A stretch of DNA of 26,322 bases from Nitrospira sp. (GTDB lineage: Bacteria > Nitrospirota > Nitrospiria > Nitrospirales > Nitrospiraceae): positions 48,696 through 75,017 of the forward strand of contig SWDL01000399.1 of assembly GCA_005116795.1 (NCBI GenBank), written 5' to 3'. The notes beneath the pieces are model-generated. The model made no database searches and was not told the origin of the DNA. It saw nothing but the letters and a program-made list of their open reading frames with translations. Position numbers and translations under genes: made by a program. How positions within the stretch are numbered: position 1 is the first letter of the stretch; every line of letters begins with the position of its first letter. Positions 22,497 to 26,322 of the stretch are shown in pieces.

Positions 22497-24399
22497 ATGA
22501 GCGACACTCACCGAGCCGGCGAACAGGCGCCGTATTCCCTGGACTGGCTCCGACGCCAGCAGCCTGAGATCCGCCGGGAGGTGCTGGAGGAATTGACGGA
22601 TCGCGGCGACGAGGCCGCGATCGGACTGCTTGTAGCCTGCCTGTCCGACGACCATCCCGGAGTCCAACAAAAAGCGGTCAACGGTCTGATCCGCATCGGA
22701 GGGGACGGCGTGCTGCGTCAGGTCGTGGGGCTGCTCCGCGAACCGCCAGGCTTGCGCATGATGGCGACCGAGATCCTCGGTCATGTCGCGCCGACATCCC
22801 TGGAGTGTCTGCGTCCCGCCCTGGAATCTCCCGATCCCAGCGTCCGCACACTGATCATCGATGCGATCGGCCGACATGCCGGCGCGCAAGCCGGCGCGTG
22901 GCTCCTGTCGATGCTGAGCGATCCCGACGCCAATGTGCGGGCGGCCGCCGCCGAAGCCCTGGGGCGTCTGCATGTTCGTGAGGCGGTGCCGGGGTTGGTC
23001 GCGCTGCTCAATGACCATGACTAGGTCGCATACTTTGCCGCCTCAGCGCTGGCGGAGATCGGCGATGAGTCCGCGATACCCGCATTGATGGCCGTGATCG
23101 GTCGCGGCCACACCGCCGCCGCCTGCGCCGCGCTCGAAGCCGTGGGGAAGCTGGATCATGAGGGCCGGACTATTCCCGCGCTGGCCGAGCTGTTGACGTC
23201 GACGGATCGCTCCATCCTCTCCGCGTTGGTGCGTGCCCTGGTCTTCATGGCCAAGGCCAAGGGGGCCGGACTCTGGTCCTCGCTGGATCAGACTCGGTGG
23301 CTGGAGACGTTGTCGGAAATGGTGCGGGATGAAGATCGCGCCACCCGGTCGGCCGCCGTCCGCGGCCTCGGATTGCTGGGACACCGGCGGGGCACGCGCC
23401 CGATCTTAAGCGCCTATCGGGCGATGAAGGATCCGACCGACGACGAAACGGACCAGACGATCCGGGCCTTGGCGGAGACCGGCGATACGGATGTCTTGAT
23501 CAAGGCGGCGGAGCTGGACGAAGACCGGGTGAGCGATGCGGCGATCCAGGCGCTCGGCCGGCTGCAATGCCGGGAGGCCGTCACTGTGCTCGACGGTATC
23601 CGCCGGCGGAGCTGGGATTGGCGAAGGCGAAAAGTCGCCCTCGGCGCCCTGGCGCAGATCGGGACGGATCAGGCGCTCGCGATGGTGTGCGACGGGGTCG
23701 AGGATGCGACCGGCTATGTTCGCTCGGAGGCCGTGCGTCTGATCAGTGAAAGCGGCCGGACGGGTTACGTGCGCCGGGTTCTGGCGAGGTTGCAGTCCGA
23801 ACGGTACGAGGACGTCCGTCTGGAAATGGCCAAGGCGCTGCTGCGCGCCGGCACGCAGGATGTGATGATCGAACTGGTGGGCTTGCTCCGATATGGACGG
23901 GCGCCGGTCCGGGAAACCGCGGCCTGGGCAATCGGGACGGTGCGACTCCCGGAGGGGTTGGACCCGCTGGCGAAGACCATGAACGATCCGGAGTGGCAGG
24001 TGCGGCGCGCGGTGGTCGAAAGCCTGAGCGCTACCAGGATGAGCAGGCGCTGCGCGTGCTGTTGGTCGCCTTGACGGACGATCACGAGAAGGTGCGGCTT
24101 GCCGCCACGACAGGGATTGCCTCCTGGGAGAGACCGGAAGCTCGGCGGGCACTCTTGAACGTCAGCCGGCACGATCCGGATATCTGGGTCAAGCGTTGCG
24201 CCATTGAACGGCTGGGGAATGCCCGGGTCGGCGAGGCGGTCCCACACTTGAGCGCCCTCGTCGCAGATCAGTCTGCTCCGAGACTCCTCAGGCAGGCCGC
24301 GGTGGACGCCCTCTCCCGAATCGGCGGGGCGGACGCGGAGGCTGCGGTGAGCGCGGCTGGATCGGACGGGATCCTCTCCCGGAGCTCCCCGCGGCATAA
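22497..24399 (+). pseudogene. HEAT/PBS-lyase repeat protein, interrupted by an in-frame TAG (23022-23024) and a 1-nt deletion at about 24029
   Basis: HEAT units (LSDPDANVRAAAAEALGRL, MNDPEWQVRRAVVESL, LTDDHEKVRLAA) continue across ORFs 22497, 23085 (same frame) and 23993 (-1 frame). The end coordinate assumes the TAA at 24397-99; as sequenced the frame runs into cheR. Confidence 0.85.
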
Positions 24400-24409
24400 C
24401 GGGAAGATC

Positions 24410-25231
24410 ATGCAGCTCACTCTGGCCATTTTCGACCAGTTGCGGACCCTGATCTATGAGAAGACTGGGCTGCATTTCCAGGACAACAAAAAATACCTCC
24501 TGGAAAGCCGTCTCCAAGTGAGGCTCCGAGAGCGGCATTGCAAGACGTTTGAGGAGTACTGGCATCTCCTCCGCTATGACGCCTGGCGCGACAAAGAGCT
24601 CATCGCGTTGTTCGAACTCGTGACGACCCATGAGACCTACTTTTGCCGGGATGCCGGCCAACTCCAGGCGTTTGTGGATGTGGCGGTGCCGGCTTTGCTG
24701 AAGGCGAATGAGCGGACCCATCGCATCCGCATCTGGAGCGCGGCCTGCTCCACCGGGGACGAGCCCTATACCCTGGCCATGATGCTGTTCGAGCATCAGG
24801 CCCTGGCCAAGTGGACCATCGAGATCCTGGGAAGCGACATCAGCGAGGCGGTGCTGGCCCAGGCGCGGTCCGGCCGGTATGGCCCCTATGCGGTGCGGCA
24901 GATGCCGGCCTCGCTCCGACAGAAATACTTTACGGAGGAGGACGGCCAGTTCGTGCTGGCTCCCAAGGTCAGGCAGGTCGTGACATTCGTCAACATCAAC
25001 CTCTATGACTCAGCCCGTCTGAAATTGATCAGGGATCAGGACGTCATCTTTTGCCGGAACTGCCTGATTTACTTCGACGACAAGGGGAAGCGGAAGATCG
25101 TGGACAGTCTCTACGATTCGTTGCGGCCGGGAGGGTACCTGATCATCGGCTTCTCGGAGTCGTTGCACGGCGTGGGCCGATCGTTCAAGCCGCTCCATGC
25201 GAATCGGACGGTGATGTATCAGAAAGCGTGA
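24410..25231 (+). CDS. cheR: Chemotaxis protein-glutamate methyltransferase
   Basis: KKYLLESRL, VTTHETYFCRD, RIWSAACSTGDEPYTLAM, ILGSDIS, DVIFCRNCLIYFD, LRPGGYLIIGFSESL. Confidence 0.95.
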   Translation: MQLTLAIFDQLRTLIYEKTGLHFQDNKKYLLESRLQVRLRERHCKTFEEYWHLLRYDAWRDKELIALFELVTTHETYFCRDAGQLQAFVDVAVPALLKANERTHRIRIWSAACSTGDEPYTLAMMLFEHQALAKWTIEILGSDISEAVLAQARSGRYGPYAVRQMPASLRQKYFTEEDGQFVLAPKVRQVVTFVNINLYDSARLKLIRDQDVIFCRNCLIYFDDKGKRKIVDSLYDSLRPGGYLIIGFSESLHGVGRSFKPLHANRTVMYQKA

Positions 25232-25244
25232 CGGGGGAAAGTAA

Positions 25245-25315
25245 GATTGTGTGATCTGGTGATTGGGCCATTTCAAGATCATGAAATCCAAAAATAGCCA
25301 AATCACCAAATCGTA
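25245..25315. repeat. 8-bp-period palindromic intergenic element C
   Basis: GATTGTGT GATCTGGT GATTGGGC CATTT ... AAATCCAA AAATAGCC AAATCACC AAATC; 18 of 21 positions pair between 25253-73 and 25292-312. Confidence 0.75.
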
Positions 25316-25329
25316 CTTGAGGTAGCACC

Positions 25330-25704
25330 ATGGCTAAGTCGGTCTTGATCGTGGATGATTGTCCCTACACGCGGAAACTGGTCAGTCTCTATCTGGCGGG
25401 ACAGGGATATGAGTTCATCCAGGCCGAAGACGGCCTCGACGCCCTGGAGCAATTGGCCCGCCGTCCCGCCGACTTGGTCATCACCGACCTGAACATGCCG
25501 CACATGGACGGCCTGGCCCTGACCCGGTCGCTCAAAGGAGACCCGGCGTATAAGAATATCCCGGTCATCATGTTAACGACCGAAACAGCCGAGAAAGAAC
25601 GAGACAGCGGCCTGCAAGCCGGGGCCGCCCGATATCTGACCAAGCCGGTGAGCCGGAGCCACCTGGCCGCCGAAGTGAAATCGTTGTTAGGCAGTCATGC
25701 GTAA
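25330..25704 (+). CDS. Single-domain CheY-like response regulator
   Basis: [26 protein letters not shown]. Confidence 0.93.
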   Translation: MAKSVLIVDDCPYTRKLVSLYLAGQGYEFIQAEDGLDALEQLARRPADLVITDLNMPHMDGLALTRSLKGDPAYKNIPVIMLTTETAEKERDSGLQAGAARYLTKPVSRSHLAAEVKSLLGSHA

Positions 25705-25718
25705 GGAGGGCAGGAGTC

Positions 25719-26099
25719 ATGCCGGCAGATCCTCACATGAAAATCATGGTGGTCGACGATATGTCCACCATGCGACGGATCGTGAAGAATATCCTGAAGC
25801 AGCTCGGCTTCAGCAACATCGAAGAGGCCGAGAACGGAAAGGATGCGTTCGAGAAGATCAAGCAGGGCGGCTTCGGGTTCGTGGTGTCGGATTGGAACAT
25901 GCCGGTCATGACCGGCATCGAGTTGCTGCGCGCGATCCGAGCCGACGCGGAACTCAAGACGCTCCCGGTCATGCTGGTGACGGCGGAAGCCCAAAAAGAA
26001 AATATCATCCAGGCGGTCCAGGCCGGCGTCAGCAATTACATCGTCAAGCCGTTCACGGCGGAGCAAATCCAAGAGAAGATCGGCAAAATCTTTCCGTGA
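25719..26099 (+). CDS. cheY: Chemotaxis response regulator CheY
   Basis: [62 protein letters not shown]. Confidence 0.96.
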   Translation: MPADPHMKIMVVDDMSTMRRIVKNILKQLGFSNIEEAENGKDAFEKIKQGGFGFVVSDWNMPVMTGIELLRAIRADAELKTLPVMLVTAEAQKENIIQAVQAGVSNYIVKPFTAEQIQEKIGKIFP

Positions 26100-26109
26100 G
26101 GAGGCGTCG

Positions 26110-26322
26110 ATGAGCGGGAGCGACGAGAGCCATTTGCTGAAGAGACTCAGAGAGGTGACGCGCGAGATCGATGCCACGATGCGAACGGTCTTGACGATGG
26201 AAGGCCCGGCCGCCGATACGGTGCCGGCCCTTCCACAGGCCAGCTCGCATCTTTCCGACGTGACCGTCCTGACGGAACAGGGGACGCTCCGGGTCATGGC
26301 TTTGACGGAGGCGATTCAGGAC
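26110..26322 (+). CDS. cheZ: Chemotaxis phosphatase CheZ, N-terminal part; runs off the window
   Basis: GAGGAGG RBS; manual translation MSGSDESHLLKRLREVTREID...LPQASSHLSDVTVLTEQGTLRVMALTEAIQD matches the CheZ LP.A...L..V...TE pattern; follows cheY. Confidence 0.75.
   Translation, partial: MSGSDESHLLKRLREVTREIDATMRTVLTMEGPAADTVPALPQASSHLSDVTVLTEQGTLRVMALTEAIQD

Noticed and set aside
1282-23024. Genome-wide TAG reassignment or pyrrolysine, suggested by two in-frame amber codons
   Set aside because: The two TAGs sit at positions expected for different residues (Tyr and Trp). TAG is also the genuine stop of flaG, fliS and the RRM gene, which end at their expected C-termini. No pyl genes are present in the window.
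18248-25315. Periodic intergenic repeats as CRISPR arrays or prophage signals; HTH_17 as a phage excisionase
   Set aside because: No constant repeats with unique spacers, no cas genes, and no integrase, att sites or phage genes in the window.

Overview
GC-rich bacterial chromosomal window. Gene content and order suggest Nitrospirota (Nitrospira-like); this is inference. The left part is housekeeping: a 3'-truncated Rrf2 regulator, then glyQ-glyS-membrane protein-ppdK-ribD, a membrane protein with a Cys4 domain, a small protein with a FlgM-like motif, a solo ABC ATPase, tRNA-Arg(CCT), an RRM protein, aroK, aroE, an SDR, trmI and half of a SAM methyltransferase. At about 15210 it joins abruptly, head to head, to a 5'-truncated flaG. 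The flagellar/c-di-GMP/chemotaxis cluster follows: fliD, FliT-like, fliS, FliT-like, a FlgM-motif small protein, a pseudo-REC-GAF-GGDEF cyclase, PilZ, an excisionase-like HTH, HEAT repeat, cheR, two CheY-type regulators and cheZ. It has readable sigma28 and sigma54 promoters. The most notable observations are a CxxC..CxxC zinc-ribbon insertion in PPDK, a family of 8-bp-period palindromic intergenic elements, the 15210 junction that probably removed flagellin, in-frame amber codons in glyQ and the HEAT gene, a frameshift with an apparent HEAT-CheR fusion, a tRNA with a mismatched acceptor stem, and a sigma54/sigma28-wired DGC-PilZ-HTH-HEAT-CheR module. Several lesions could be assembly or consensus errors and need checking against reads. 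No CRISPR array, integrase or transposase was seen.
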